This document shows, one piece after another, positions 1 to 9,340 of a DNA stretch of 64,000 nt (positions are counted from its first letter, which is position 1; each line of letters opens with the position of its first letter). This DNA comes from Myxococcales bacterium. Its GTDB lineage: Bacteria; Myxococcota_A; Polyangia; Polyangiales; Polyangiaceae. The notes beneath the pieces were generated by a model, which saw nothing but the letters and a program-made list of their open reading frames with translations, was not told the DNA's origin and ran no database searches. The stretch lies in NCBI GenBank assembly GCA_043747615.1, contig JAYTOU010000037.1, positions 63,270 to 127,269 of the forward strand, given 5' to 3'. The position numbers and the translations under genes are program-made.

Positions 1-273
1 TCGGTCAACGTCGCGGCGCGTCTGCTCACGAGCGCCCCTCCGGTGTACCCGCCGGCGGCAAGGGCCGCCGAAGTCGAAGCCGACGTCGTCGTCGACCTCG
101 TTCTCGATGAATCGGGTCGCGTCTCCGAGGCGAAGATCCTTCGCGCGGCGGGCTTCGACCTCGACAAGTCCGCCCTCGAGGCGATCCGCGGTTACCGATT
201 TTCCCCCGCGCAAAAAGACGGGCGCCCGGTTCGCGTGCGCATGCACTGGACCGTCCAGTTCCGATTGCGCTAA
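1..273 (+). CDS. TonB C-terminal domain protein (energy transducer TonB), 5'-truncated by window edge
   Basis: YPPAARAAEVEADVVVDLVLDESGRV...FSPAQKDGRPVRV matches the TonB_C pattern; frame is open to the window start. Confidence 0.85.
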   Translation, partial: SVNVAARLLTSAPPVYPPAARAAEVEADVVVDLVLDESGRVSEAKILRAAGFDLDKSALEAIRGYRFSPAQKDGRPVRVRMHWTVQFRLR

Positions 274-286
274 TCCGTTACGTCGA

Positions 287-2095
287 ATGGGCTACGAATC
301 GCTTCGCGATTGCATCGACGATCTGGAGCGCGGGCGGCAGATCGTTCGCATTCCCCAGGAGGTAGACGCCAACCTCGAAGCGGCGGAGATCCACCGCCGC
401 GTCTTTGAGGCGGGTGGCCCGGCCGTCTTCTACGAGCGGGTGCGGCAGTGCGCCTTTCCGATGGTCAGCAATCTCTTCGGGACGATGGATCGCGCGCGGT
501 TCATTTTCCGCGACGCGCTCGGCGACGTACGTTCTCTCGTTCGAACGAAGGTGGATCCGGCGAGTCTGATCACGGAGGCCACACGTGCGCTCGGATTACC
601 GAGAGCAGCGCTTCATCTCCTGCCGCGCATGGTCTCGCGCGGACCGGTCTTCGACCACACCATACGAGTGAGCGAGCTCCCGCAGTTGAAATCGTGGCCC
701 GACGACGGCGGCGCGTTCATCACGCTCCCCCAAGTGTATTCCGAGGATCCCAACAAGCCCGGCGTGCGCGGCTCCAACCTCGGCATGTACCGCGTGCAGC
801 TGTCGGGCGGCGACTATGCGCACGACGAAGTGGGCCTTCACTACCAGCTCCATCGCGGGATCGGCGTGCATCACGCAGCGGCGATTGCGCGTGGCGAGCC
901 TCTCCGCGTGAACGTCTTCGTGGGCGGCCCACCGGCGATGAATCTCGCCGCGGTGATGCCGCTCCCCGAGGGGCTTCCGGAGATCGCATTTGCCGGCGCT
1001 CTCAACCGCAGACGCATTCGCATGATCCCCACCAAAGGTGGAATCGCCGTCCATGCCGACGCCGATTTTTGCATCCGCGGAGAGATCATCGAAGGGGAGA
1101 CACGGCGCGAGGGCCCCTTCGGCGATCACCTCGGTTACTACGCGAAAGCCCATGAATTTCCGGTCCTCCGCGTTTCGAGCGTTCAACACCGGACAGGCGC
1201 CATCTGGCCGTTCACCACCGTCGGTCGCCCGCCGCAGGAGGACTCGATCTTCGGCGAGCTCATTCACGAGCTCACCGGTCCCCTCGTTCCGACCGTGCTG
1301 CCAGGCGTGCGCGCGGTGCACGCGGTCGACGCTGCGGGCGTGCACCCTCTCCTTCTCGCGATCGGCAGCGAGCGGTACGTCCCTTACGCCGCGACCCGGC
1401 GGCCAATGGAGGTCCTCTCCCAGGCCAACGCCATCCTCGGGCAAGGTCAGATGTCGCTCGCCAAGTACCTCTTCATCGCGGCCCACGAAGACAATCCCGC
1501 GCTCGACATCCACGACGTCAGCGCCTTCCTCAGGCACGTGCTCGAGCGTTTCGATCCTTCAAGTGATCTTCATTTCCAAACGAACACCACGATGGACACC
1601 CTCGACTATTCGGGAACGGGACTCAACCAAGGCTCCAAGGTGGTGATCGCCGGCGTAGGAGCAAAGAAGCGCGATTTGCCCCGCGAGATCAGCGGCGAGC
1701 TCCGCCTCCCGGATGGCTTTCGGAAGCCGCGGGTGTGCCTTCCGGGCGTCCTTGCGATCGAGGGGCGCGGCGACACGGAGCATTTCTGTGCAGCGTTCCG
1801 CCCGGGTGATGCGCTCTCGGACTTTGCATTGGTCGTCCTCGTGGACGACAGCGATTTTACCGCGCGAAGCCTGGCCAATTTTCTTTGGGTGACGTTCACG
1901 CGCTCGAACCCCGCGGTCGACATTCAGGGTGTGGGAGCTTTCACCGCTCACAAAGCCTGGGGCTGCCGCGGATCGGTGGTGATCGACGCTCGGGTGAAAC
2001 CCCACCACGCTCCGGCGCTCATCGCCGATCCGGCGGTCACGGCGCGTGTGGAAAAGCTCGCGGCGCCCGGCGGTCCCTTGCACGGAATCTTCTGA
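287..2095 (+). CDS. UbiD family (prFMN-dependent) decarboxylase
   Basis: Start MGYESLRDCIDDLE at ATG 287; motifs NLGMYR, EGPFGDHLGYY, GRPPQED, DTLDYSG. Confidence 0.9.
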   Translation: MGYESLRDCIDDLERGRQIVRIPQEVDANLEAAEIHRRVFEAGGPAVFYERVRQCAFPMVSNLFGTMDRARFIFRDALGDVRSLVRTKVDPASLITEATRALGLPRAALHLLPRMVSRGPVFDHTIRVSELPQLKSWPDDGGAFITLPQVYSEDPNKPGVRGSNLGMYRVQLSGGDYAHDEVGLHYQLHRGIGVHHAAAIARGEPLRVNVFVGGPPAMNLAAVMPLPEGLPEIAFAGALNRRRIRMIPTKGGIAVHADADFCIRGEIIEGETRREGPFGDHLGYYAKAHEFPVLRVSSVQHRTGAIWPFTTVGRPPQEDSIFGELIHELTGPLVPTVLPGVRAVHAVDAAGVHPLLLAIGSERYVPYAATRRPMEVLSQANAILGQGQMSLAKYLFIAAHEDNPALDIHDVSAFLRHVLERFDPSSDLHFQTNTTMDTLDYSGTGLNQGSKVVIAGVGAKKRDLPREISGELRLPDGFRKPRVCLPGVLAIEGRGDTEHFCAAFRPGDALSDFALVVLVDDSDFTARSLANFLWVTFTRSNPAVDIQGVGAFTAHKAWGCRGSVVIDARVKPHHAPALIADPAVTARVEKLAAPGGPLHGIF

Positions 2096-2112
2096 CAGCT
2101 ACTTTCTCCGTC

Positions 2113-3201
2113 ATGTCTCGAAACCATGCGGCCCTCGCGTGCACAGTCTTGGCCTGCGCGTCAGCGCTTCTCGGGTGCGGAACGAAGAGCGAAGTCGCGT
2201 CCGCCGATGCGAGCGTGCCGGAGACGAGCGCGGACACGGCCGTGGCCTGCACGACCGATCTCATGCACGACCCGAAAAACTGCGGAAGCTGCGCCCACGA
2301 CTGCCTCGGCGGCATCTGCAACCTCGGAGCGTGTGACCCCGCCGTCGTCGCCGGCAACCTCGACCTCCCGAGCGCGATGGTCCTCGACGGAACGTACTTG
2401 TACTTTGCATATGCCGGTCACGTCGCGCGCGTTCTCGCGGCGGGCGGAGCGGTCGAAGATCTTTCGACCCAAGCCTTCACTGCCCAGAAGCTCTCCGTCG
2501 ACGCGACCGCCGTCTACGTGATGACCGGAAGCCGAGTGATCCGCTTTCCGAAAACCGGAGACGTGAGCGGAGCCGCGACACAAGAGCTCGCTCTGGCGGT
2601 TGGTAGTGCGCTCACCACCGACGTCTCGAGTATTTTCTTCCAGGTGCCGGCAGGCTTGGCCGCGGCCCCGAAGAAGGGAGCCGGCGACGGCGGCGTAGGC
2701 GACGGTGGGGCTGGGGTGCTCCTCGCCGCGCTCGGCTCCGACACGATCGACGACATCGCGGTCGACGACAGCTTCGCGTTTGTCTCCCTTCCCGGCCCCG
2801 GCACGGTCCTCAAGGTCGCGAAGACGGGAGCGGTCGGAGACGCGGGGGCGGGCGTTCTCGCAACCGGCGAAGCGACTCCCAGCAGCGTAGCGCTCGATGC
2901 TACCTATGTGTACTTTACAAACAACATGGGCGGCGCGGTGCGGCGGGTCCCCAAGGCAGGGGGGCCGGTCACCGATTTCCTAACCGGGCTGGGGCGGCCG
3001 CTCGGCCTCGCCGTCGACGCGTCGCGCCTCTATTACACCGACGAGGTGAAGGGCACGGTTGGCTCTTGCCCGCTCAGCGGCTGTGCCATGGGCAAGCAGA
3101 CCCACGCCATGGGAATGCGCCCGGTCGCGGTAGCCGCCGACGCCGTCGCCATCTACTTCCTCGACTTCGGAGCCCGCGCCCTCATGCGGGTCGCGCGCTG
3201 A
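2113..3201 (+). CDS. Lipoprotein with Cys-rich repeat and beta-propeller repeats
   Basis: Lipobox LLGC; DPKNCGSCAHDC Cys motif; repeated (L/I)AVDxxxVY(F/Y) blades. Confidence 0.75.
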   Translation: MSRNHAALACTVLACASALLGCGTKSEVASADASVPETSADTAVACTTDLMHDPKNCGSCAHDCLGGICNLGACDPAVVAGNLDLPSAMVLDGTYLYFAYAGHVARVLAAGGAVEDLSTQAFTAQKLSVDATAVYVMTGSRVIRFPKTGDVSGAATQELALAVGSALTTDVSSIFFQVPAGLAAAPKKGAGDGGVGDGGAGVLLAALGSDTIDDIAVDDSFAFVSLPGPGTVLKVAKTGAVGDAGAGVLATGEATPSSVALDATYVYFTNNMGGAVRRVPKAGGPVTDFLTGLGRPLGLAVDASRLYYTDEVKGTVGSCPLSGCAMGKQTHAMGMRPVAVAADAVAIYFLDFGARALMRVAR

Positions 3202-3242
3202 CGTAGCGCAACGCGAGCCCGGAAGGGCGCATCGGAACTTGC

Positions 3243-3407
3243 ATGCGCTACCTAGCTCTCGCAGCCGTCATTGGGTTCTCGTCGCTGTCTGGCCTCGCCT
3301 GCCACCACACGGGGCAAGGCATCAAAGCGGACGTCAAACACGACGTGCAGAAGACCGGCCAAGGGGTCGAGCGCGTCGGCGAAAAGATCGAAGGAAAAGG
3401 CAAGTAG
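3243..3407 (+). CDS. Small entericidin EcnA/B-like lipoprotein (54 aa)
   Basis: Translated by hand: MRYLALAAVIGFSSLSGLAC-HHTGQGIKADVKHDVQKTGQGVERVGEKIEGKGK*; lipobox plus short amphipathic helix; absent from the ORF track. Confidence 0.7.
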   Translation: MRYLALAAVIGFSSLSGLACHHTGQGIKADVKHDVQKTGQGVERVGEKIEGKGK

Positions 3408-3411
3408 TCGC

Positions 3412-4860
3412 TCAGGCGGCGGCTTCTTTTTCTCCGGCGTCCCCCGACGTTTTGCCCGCAGGCAAATTCGCAGTGCGCTCAGCGTACGTTCGCCCGAGGA
3501 ACCAAACGATCGCCAGCCAGGTAAGAACGAGCGCCACGTTGAATACGGCGAAGGTCTTTGTTCCAAACGCGAACACCGCGCCGAGAGCGACTAGCCCCGT
3601 CGAGAGCACGTCGCCGCCGCGCACGAGAAGCGTGTCGATCGCGGCCTTGGCCTTGTACTTCGCGTCGCGCGACGTAGGGAGCCACAGGGCCTGGCGCGTC
3701 GTGTTCTGAAGCGAATAGTCCATGCTGTTCTCGGCGATCTTTGCGACGAAAATCAGCGACAGAATGGGCGCGACGGACATCGTGCTGTAGCCGACGAGCG
3801 AGATGGCGGGCATCACGAAGAGCGCCCCGCGGATCCCGATGTACTTGATGACGCGGGAAACGACGAAGAGCTGCATGACGACGCCGATCACGTTCACGTA
3901 CGCAAAGTAGTTCCCCTTGAACGTGCCGATGAACCGCGAGGGATCGTCGCCAGACACGGCGACGGCGGCGACGAGGGTGCGATCGAGGACGTATTCCCCC
4001 GTGGAGTTGACGCAATTAAGGACGAGGGTGAGCGCTCCAATGAGGAGGAGGTACTTGTCCTTGAGAATGAGCGCAAACGCGTTTTCTTTGCCGAGAGGCT
4101 GCTCCGTCTTGGGGGCGGGCGCGCCTTCGTCACTCGTGCCCGACGCGACGTCGCGCTTGTTGACGATCCAGGTGAGCCCGAGGTTGAGCACCAGGATTGC
4201 CGCCGCGACCAGCATCAACGTGTAGGCCGCCGTCAGCCCCTCGCTCGACCCTTTCTTCGCGCCTTCGGGAATGAGCACCGCGAAGAGCCAGCTCGCGAGC
4301 TTGGCGCCGACCGCAGCCCCGATCACGGCGCCGATCCCGAGGATGGCAAAGAGACGTTTGCCTTGCTCCGGCGTGTAGATGTCGGCAGCGAAGCCCCAGA
4401 ACTGCGCGATCGTGCTGACGTTGAAGATCCCGACCCAGAGGAAAAACGCGATGCCGAGCCGCCCCAGGGCGAGCTCTCCGGTGAGGGTATGGGCGAGAAG
4501 ATAGAAAATGACGAGGTTCGACGCGAAGAAGAGGGTGACGATCGAAATAAGCTTCACGCGGCCGACACGCTGCGCGACGAATCCATAGAGCGGAACCCAC
4601 GCGAGAAGGAGGATCGACATGCCTCCGGAGGCGTACGATTTCACCTCCGCGGCGCCGGGACCCCCCGCAAGAATGAGCGGCTCGCGCGCGGTCTTGAGAA
4701 GGTAATAGGCGAGGAGGAGCAAGAAAATGTTGAGCGTCAGAAGGAGCGCCGTCGTGCCTTCGCCGGCCTTCACCTCGGCAAAAATCTTGAGGGCGCGTTC
4801 AACGAGAGTCAGCGACGCAGGCGCGGCGCGAGGGGGCTGGCTTTCAGTGGCAGTGCTCAT
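3412..4860 (-). CDS. Npt1/Npt2 (AAA, ATP:ADP antiporter) family nucleotide transporter
   Basis: About 12 TM segments; YYLLKTARE, FWGFAADIYTPEQGKRLFAILGIG, DYSLQNTTRQALWLP, KYKAKAAIDT. Confidence 0.85.
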   Translation of the reverse strand: MSTATESQPPRAAPASLTLVERALKIFAEVKAGEGTTALLLTLNIFLLLLAYYLLKTAREPLILAGGPGAAEVKSYASGGMSILLLAWVPLYGFVAQRVGRVKLISIVTLFFASNLVIFYLLAHTLTGELALGRLGIAFFLWVGIFNVSTIAQFWGFAADIYTPEQGKRLFAILGIGAVIGAAVGAKLASWLFAVLIPEGAKKGSSEGLTAAYTLMLVAAAILVLNLGLTWIVNKRDVASGTSDEGAPAPKTEQPLGKENAFALILKDKYLLLIGALTLVLNCVNSTGEYVLDRTLVAAVAVSGDDPSRFIGTFKGNYFAYVNVIGVVMQLFVVSRVIKYIGIRGALFVMPAISLVGYSTMSVAPILSLIFVAKIAENSMDYSLQNTTRQALWLPTSRDAKYKAKAAIDTLLVRGGDVLSTGLVALGAVFAFGTKTFAVFNVALVLTWLAIVWFLGRTYAERTANLPAGKTSGDAGEKEAAA

Positions 4861-4929
4861 CGGCGTTGGATGCTACCGTCATTCCGCTCCGACATGTTTG
4901 TCGAACCGGTACACGCCTTTCATAAACAG

Positions 4930-5952
4930 ATGCGCATGACGTCCTTCGCCTTCGCTCTCGCAGCGCACCTGATTGTCGGGTGTGGAGCGCAGAGGAATGC
5001 GGACAAAGCTCATCCGCTGAGCACCGACACTCAGGTCACGCTATTGACCGCTGTCGATCTTCCCTTCGACGATGCCCGCACGCGCGAGCTGTCGGGAATC
5101 GCTTGGGACGCGCAGCGCCACATCCTCTACGCGGTATCGGACACCGTTCCCATCGTGGTGCCGCTGACACCGAGCGCTGATTTCAGCTCGTGGACGCTCG
5201 GCGAGCCATTCACTGTCGACGTGCCCGATTCGTGGGACGGCGAGGGCCTCGTCCTCAGCGGCGATTCATTCTTGATCGCCAACGAGCGCGGTCCGTTCAT
5301 CTACCAGATCGATCGCGCCGGCAAGCTGAGCTCGAAAGTCGAGCTGCCGGAGCACTTCAAAACTGCGATCTACAACCGCTCCCTCGAGTCGCTCTCGCTC
5401 ACCCCGGACGGGCGATACCTCTTTACGGCCAACGAGAGCACGCTGACCAACGACGGGCAGCAGCCAACGACGTCCAGCGGTGCGACGATTCGCATCTATC
5501 GGCGTGAGCTCGCCACCGGCGCCCAGCATGAGTTTGCATATCGCACGGATCCGCTCTTCGCCGCCGGCGCCAAGGGCGGCGACATGGGCGTCTCCGACAT
5601 GCTCGCTATATCTGCGACCGACGTCCTGGTGATGGAGCGATCGTACGTCGCAGGCGTGGGCAACTGGGTGCGCATTTACCGTGCGCAGCTCGACGGAAAA
5701 GACGTGCTCCACGTTCCGGCGCTCACGCTGGAAACGCCAGTCGCCAAGAAGCAGCTCTTCGTCGATTTCGCGACGATCCCCGAGGCGGGGATGGCAGGGC
5801 AAGGGGGGAAGGTGCTTCCGAACTACGAAGGTCTTTCGTTCGGGCCGCGGCTGCCTGACGGCCGGCGGATCATTTTCGTCGTCAGCGACAACAACGCGAA
5901 CCCCGAGCTCGTGGCGCGCATTCTCGTCCTCGCGGTCAAGGGGATCCCTTAG
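4930..5952 (+). CDS. Exported esterase-like activity of phytase family protein
   Basis: IVGC lipobox-like; ELSGIAWD, AVSD, DGEGL, NRSLESL, VMERSY, NYEGLSFGPRLPDG, VSDNN; start could be 4894, 4930 or 4936. Confidence 0.8.
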   Translation: MRMTSFAFALAAHLIVGCGAQRNADKAHPLSTDTQVTLLTAVDLPFDDARTRELSGIAWDAQRHILYAVSDTVPIVVPLTPSADFSSWTLGEPFTVDVPDSWDGEGLVLSGDSFLIANERGPFIYQIDRAGKLSSKVELPEHFKTAIYNRSLESLSLTPDGRYLFTANESTLTNDGQQPTTSSGATIRIYRRELATGAQHEFAYRTDPLFAAGAKGGDMGVSDMLAISATDVLVMERSYVAGVGNWVRIYRAQLDGKDVLHVPALTLETPVAKKQLFVDFATIPEAGMAGQGGKVLPNYEGLSFGPRLPDGRRIIFVVSDNNANPELVARILVLAVKGIP

Positions 5953-8119
5953 CTGCTGCTCGCCCGTCCGCCGATGCTGGCGGAAGCACCCCTTTGGCGC
6001 GAAGGAGGTCGGCAAGGATCTCCTTCGGAGCCCGCGCAGCGCGCATAGGTCGGGCCTCGCCCAAGAACGGCCACACGGCGTCCCTCACCTCCTCGGGGAG
6101 CACGTTTTCCAGGTATTCGAGCGCTGTGCCTCGGAGGCTTTCGTCTTCGTTGTGCAGGGCCTTGAAGGCCAAGCGAAGTGTCTCGCGCTCGAGGTGAAGC
6201 GCAAGGATGGTGAAGACGTGCTCGAGGCTCCGATCGGCCCGGTCGCGGAGGAGCCGATCGACGAGGGCGGGCCTGTCTTCGTCGTCGGTGTCGAACTCCG
6301 GCGGGGGTTGCTTCTCCCAGACATCCGAGCTCATCGCCACTTCTGCCTGCACGGCCTTGAGCACGCTCTCGAGCGAGATCGTTATGTCCGTTGCCTGCTC
6401 GGTGATTCGCGCGAGGGCCCGGCCGCACTCGTAGCGAACTTCGAAGCGCTCGTCCCACAGGCCCATCATCAAACCATCTCCCGCCCGCTGCGTGGAGCAG
6501 TGAGACAGGATGCGCGGGATCCTTCTACGGATCACGAAGTCTACCTTTGGCGAGAGGAGCGCATCGAGGAGCTGCCCGGTGATCTCGGGAGCGAGAGCGC
6601 GGAGAGTCTCGACCGCCGCGAGGTAGTGATCCTTGTCGGCGAGACGGCGGATGGTGAGCGCAACGTCCAGACCCGTGTGAGGCAATGGTAAAGGTCCGGG
6701 CTCGGATTGCGGGGAGAGGGGCACGGCGCCGTCTGCGCGCGCTTCCAGCCGCTCGATGATCCTGTCGGGATCGATCGTTTCAGCCTTTCCCGCCATCGCC
6801 GCGGTGAGCGTTAAACGGATCGCGGGATCGATCGCGTCCGTCTCGTCGAGCTTCACTGCGCCTTTTTTCAAGCTCTCCTCGAGTGCTCCGACGTAGCCGG
6901 CGTGAAGCGTCTTCGAGCGAACGAGCGTCGCAAACGCCGCGACGATTCCCACGACCAGTAGAATGAGCGACGCGTTCGACGGCGCAACACGAAGGGTGAC
7001 GAGCGCAATTCCACCGCCTGCTACCGTGCCGAGCCGGTCGAAGCCGACGTCGATGATGGTCTTGGTGGCGCGCTTTTTTTCTTCGGGGAGCGGCGTGTAG
7101 AGGAGCTCGTAGGCCGAGCGGAAGAGCGAGTTTCGCTGAACGGCTTCCGCGCCGCGGAGGAGCGCCGTGCTGAGCAGACCCGGAACCGCGAGACCGAAGA
7201 CACCCCCGAGGACGACCACCCCCGGAAGGAGCGCCACCGTCACCGCGAGGCCGAGTTTTTCGAGCGCGATCTTTCCGAGGAGAGTCTGCAGCGCGAAGGA
7301 GCAGACGCCAACCGCGAGCCAGAAGAGCGCAAAGAAGGAGAGCAGGGCCGGCCCCTTGCCGATCTGGGCGACGGCTTGCGCGCTGAAGACGTAGTCGAGC
7401 AGCGTCGAGGTGAGCGCGCCGAGCGCGACCAGTAAGGAGAGATTGCGGAGATAGGGGACGTCTCGCAGAACACGAAACGCGGAGGGAACGGGCTCCTGAT
7501 CGGGCCGAGATGCGTCCGCCTCACGTTCTTTCGCAACGCCGAGCGACGTCTTCGGCGCAATCAAGAAGAGGGTCGAGATCACGCACACCAGGTTGGCCAG
7601 CGCGAGAAAGAGCAGCATCGTCGGCACGGCGATGACCGACGCCGCCCGCCACGCCGCCAGGCTTCCGAGGACGCCCCCTACTGTTCCGCCGCCCGCCACC
7701 CGGGCTACGGCGCGCTTCGCCGTATGCGGATCGAAGCGCTCGTTCATGAGCGACCAAAACGCAGAAATCACGGCCGGCCCAAAAATCGCCGTGTGAAAGT
7801 AGACGAGCACGGCGGCGACGCGGGGCGACTCGAAGTTGAGAATCCACTCGCCGAGGAGGGTAATCGCGCTCAACGCGAAAAGCGCCGGGACCACTTTGGC
7901 CGGGGAAAACCGGGTGATCAGTCGCGTGAACCACACCACCGCGATGAGCGACAGCACCGCGGACGCGGCCATCATCAAAGGGAGCAAGCTCACCGAAAAA
8001 TAGGAGAGGAAGAACGCATCGCGCGCAGCTTTCCCGGCGACTTGCTGAGCGATCATCGCCGCGGAAGCGACCGTCGCCGCCTTTGCGCCGGGAGGGTCGC
8101 GTTGTTTCGCCGTCTCCAA
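5936..8119 (-). CDS. Npt/AAA-family transporter with C-terminal HEAT-repeat domain
   Basis: GKAARDAFFL, FWSLMNERFDPHTAKR, YELLYTPLP, KTIIDVGFDRLG in the TM region; helical HEAT-like tail (DERFEVRYECGRAL, LRGTALEYLEN); TTG start. Confidence 0.8.
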   Translation of the reverse strand: METAKQRDPPGAKAATVASAAMIAQQVAGKAARDAFFLSYFSVSLLPLMMAASAVLSLIAVVWFTRLITRFSPAKVVPALFALSAITLLGEWILNFESPRVAAVLVYFHTAIFGPAVISAFWSLMNERFDPHTAKRAVARVAGGGTVGGVLGSLAAWRAASVIAVPTMLLFLALANLVCVISTLFLIAPKTSLGVAKEREADASRPDQEPVPSAFRVLRDVPYLRNLSLLVALGALTSTLLDYVFSAQAVAQIGKGPALLSFFALFWLAVGVCSFALQTLLGKIALEKLGLAVTVALLPGVVVLGGVFGLAVPGLLSTALLRGAEAVQRNSLFRSAYELLYTPLPEEKKRATKTIIDVGFDRLGTVAGGGIALVTLRVAPSNASLILLVVGIVAAFATLVRSKTLHAGYVGALEESLKKGAVKLDETDAIDPAIRLTLTAAMAGKAETIDPDRIIERLEARADGAVPLSPQSEPGPLPLPHTGLDVALTIRRLADKDHYLAAVETLRALAPEITGQLLDALLSPKVDFVIRRRIPRILSHCSTQRAGDGLMMGLWDERFEVRYECGRALARITEQATDITISLESVLKAVQAEVAMSSDVWEKQPPPEFDTDDEDRPALVDRLLRDRADRSLEHVFTILALHLERETLRLAFKALHNEDESLRGTALEYLENVLPEEVRDAVWPFLGEARPMRAARAPKEILADLLRAKGVLPPASADGRAAAKGSP

Positions 8120-8125
8120 GGTTTC

Positions 8126-9340
8126 CTACTCGGTGGCTTTGCAGACCGCGAGATAGACGGCCTCGTGAATGCCGGCGATGACGATGGCTCTGTCGAGGAG
8201 CTCGCTTCGGTCGGAGGCCGACCATTTCTTCTTGGGGCGGCGCGTAGCTCCGCGAAGGTGGGCGGTTCCGAGAAGTGCGCCCAGGTACGCGGCGAGATCG
8301 TCTAGATCGGCGTCGCGCAGATTTCGAAGATTGAGTTTGTCTTCTTGTGGAGCAAGCCAGCGCACGAACATCGAGCGCTTCGCCAGCCGCGTCGCCCCGA
8401 GCATCTTTATGGTGTGCTCGACGCAGGAGCGAAAGCCATCGATCACGCGCTGGGCGGGAACGAGCTTCTGCCGGCCGAGGAGGAGCGACGCGGACGGCTG
8501 CCCTTGCTCCTTCATGTCGAAGACCCATCCCCCATCGATTCCCCCATGGCCGCGAACCAGGATGGCGACGCGGAGCGATCCCAGGCTCCCGGTGCCCGCG
8601 ATGCGCATGGCGGCGTCGACTATTTCCATCTGCTTTCGCTTTGGCCGCTCGCCCTTCGGAAGCCCCTTCACGAACTTCGCGAACGCCGCGGGAACCTCGC
8701 GAGCGATCTCTCGAGGTAGATTCTCGTAGCGCGGACCTCGCACGAAGCGCCGCTTTCCACGCACGATCTCGGTTCGGGCGTTCAAGAGCTCGGCGCCACT
8801 GCGCGTGGCCACGGCGGTGACGAGAGCCTTCACGGCATGCGGGAGCGGCGGCAGCGGACCGACCGCAAATGCACTCGCGCTGTATGCAGACAGAAGGGTG
8901 TTGCACAGGTGAATGGTGCGCGTCCCGTCTGCGCCGAGCTCTCGCCCGCCAAGAATGAGGCTCACCGTGAGGCGCAAAACGTCGAAGCGCCAGGGGCCGA
9001 TCACCGCGTCGTCGAAGTCGTTCAGATTGAACTCTGCCTTCGCCGCCTTTTTCTTGAGGGCCGCGCTCATCCCCAGGTGATCGGGACGGTACGCGCCGAA
9101 GTTTTCGAGGTGTGCATCGCCCACCAGCCACCCCTCACCGGGCGGCCCTTTGGCGAGCTCCGGCGACTCGGCGAGAATTTCGTAGAAGAGCGGCGCGGCA
9201 CCGCGCAAGAACGCCAGAGGAGAGGCGCTCATGCGAAGCATCTTGCGCTCGAAGATCCCCGGATGGTGACCGGTGCGTGCGCGATCGAGCTTGAGTTGAC
9301 GGGCGGCGAGACGAAGAGGGTCGAGCTTGCGCGTGATCAT
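8126..9340 (-). CDS. DUF2252 family protein (kinase-like fold)
   Basis: RMSASPLAFLRG, GDAHLENFG, NDFDDA, GPWRFDVLRL, AGTGSLG, DMKE. Confidence 0.85.
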   Translation of the reverse strand: MITRKLDPLRLAARQLKLDRARTGHHPGIFERKMLRMSASPLAFLRGAAPLFYEILAESPELAKGPPGEGWLVGDAHLENFGAYRPDHLGMSAALKKKAAKAEFNLNDFDDAVIGPWRFDVLRLTVSLILGGRELGADGTRTIHLCNTLLSAYSASAFAVGPLPPLPHAVKALVTAVATRSGAELLNARTEIVRGKRRFVRGPRYENLPREIAREVPAAFAKFVKGLPKGERPKRKQMEIVDAAMRIAGTGSLGSLRVAILVRGHGGIDGGWVFDMKEQGQPSASLLLGRQKLVPAQRVIDGFRSCVEHTIKMLGATRLAKRSMFVRWLAPQEDKLNLRNLRDADLDDLAAYLGALLGTAHLRGATRRPKKKWSASDRSELLDRAIVIAGIHEAVYLAVCKATE

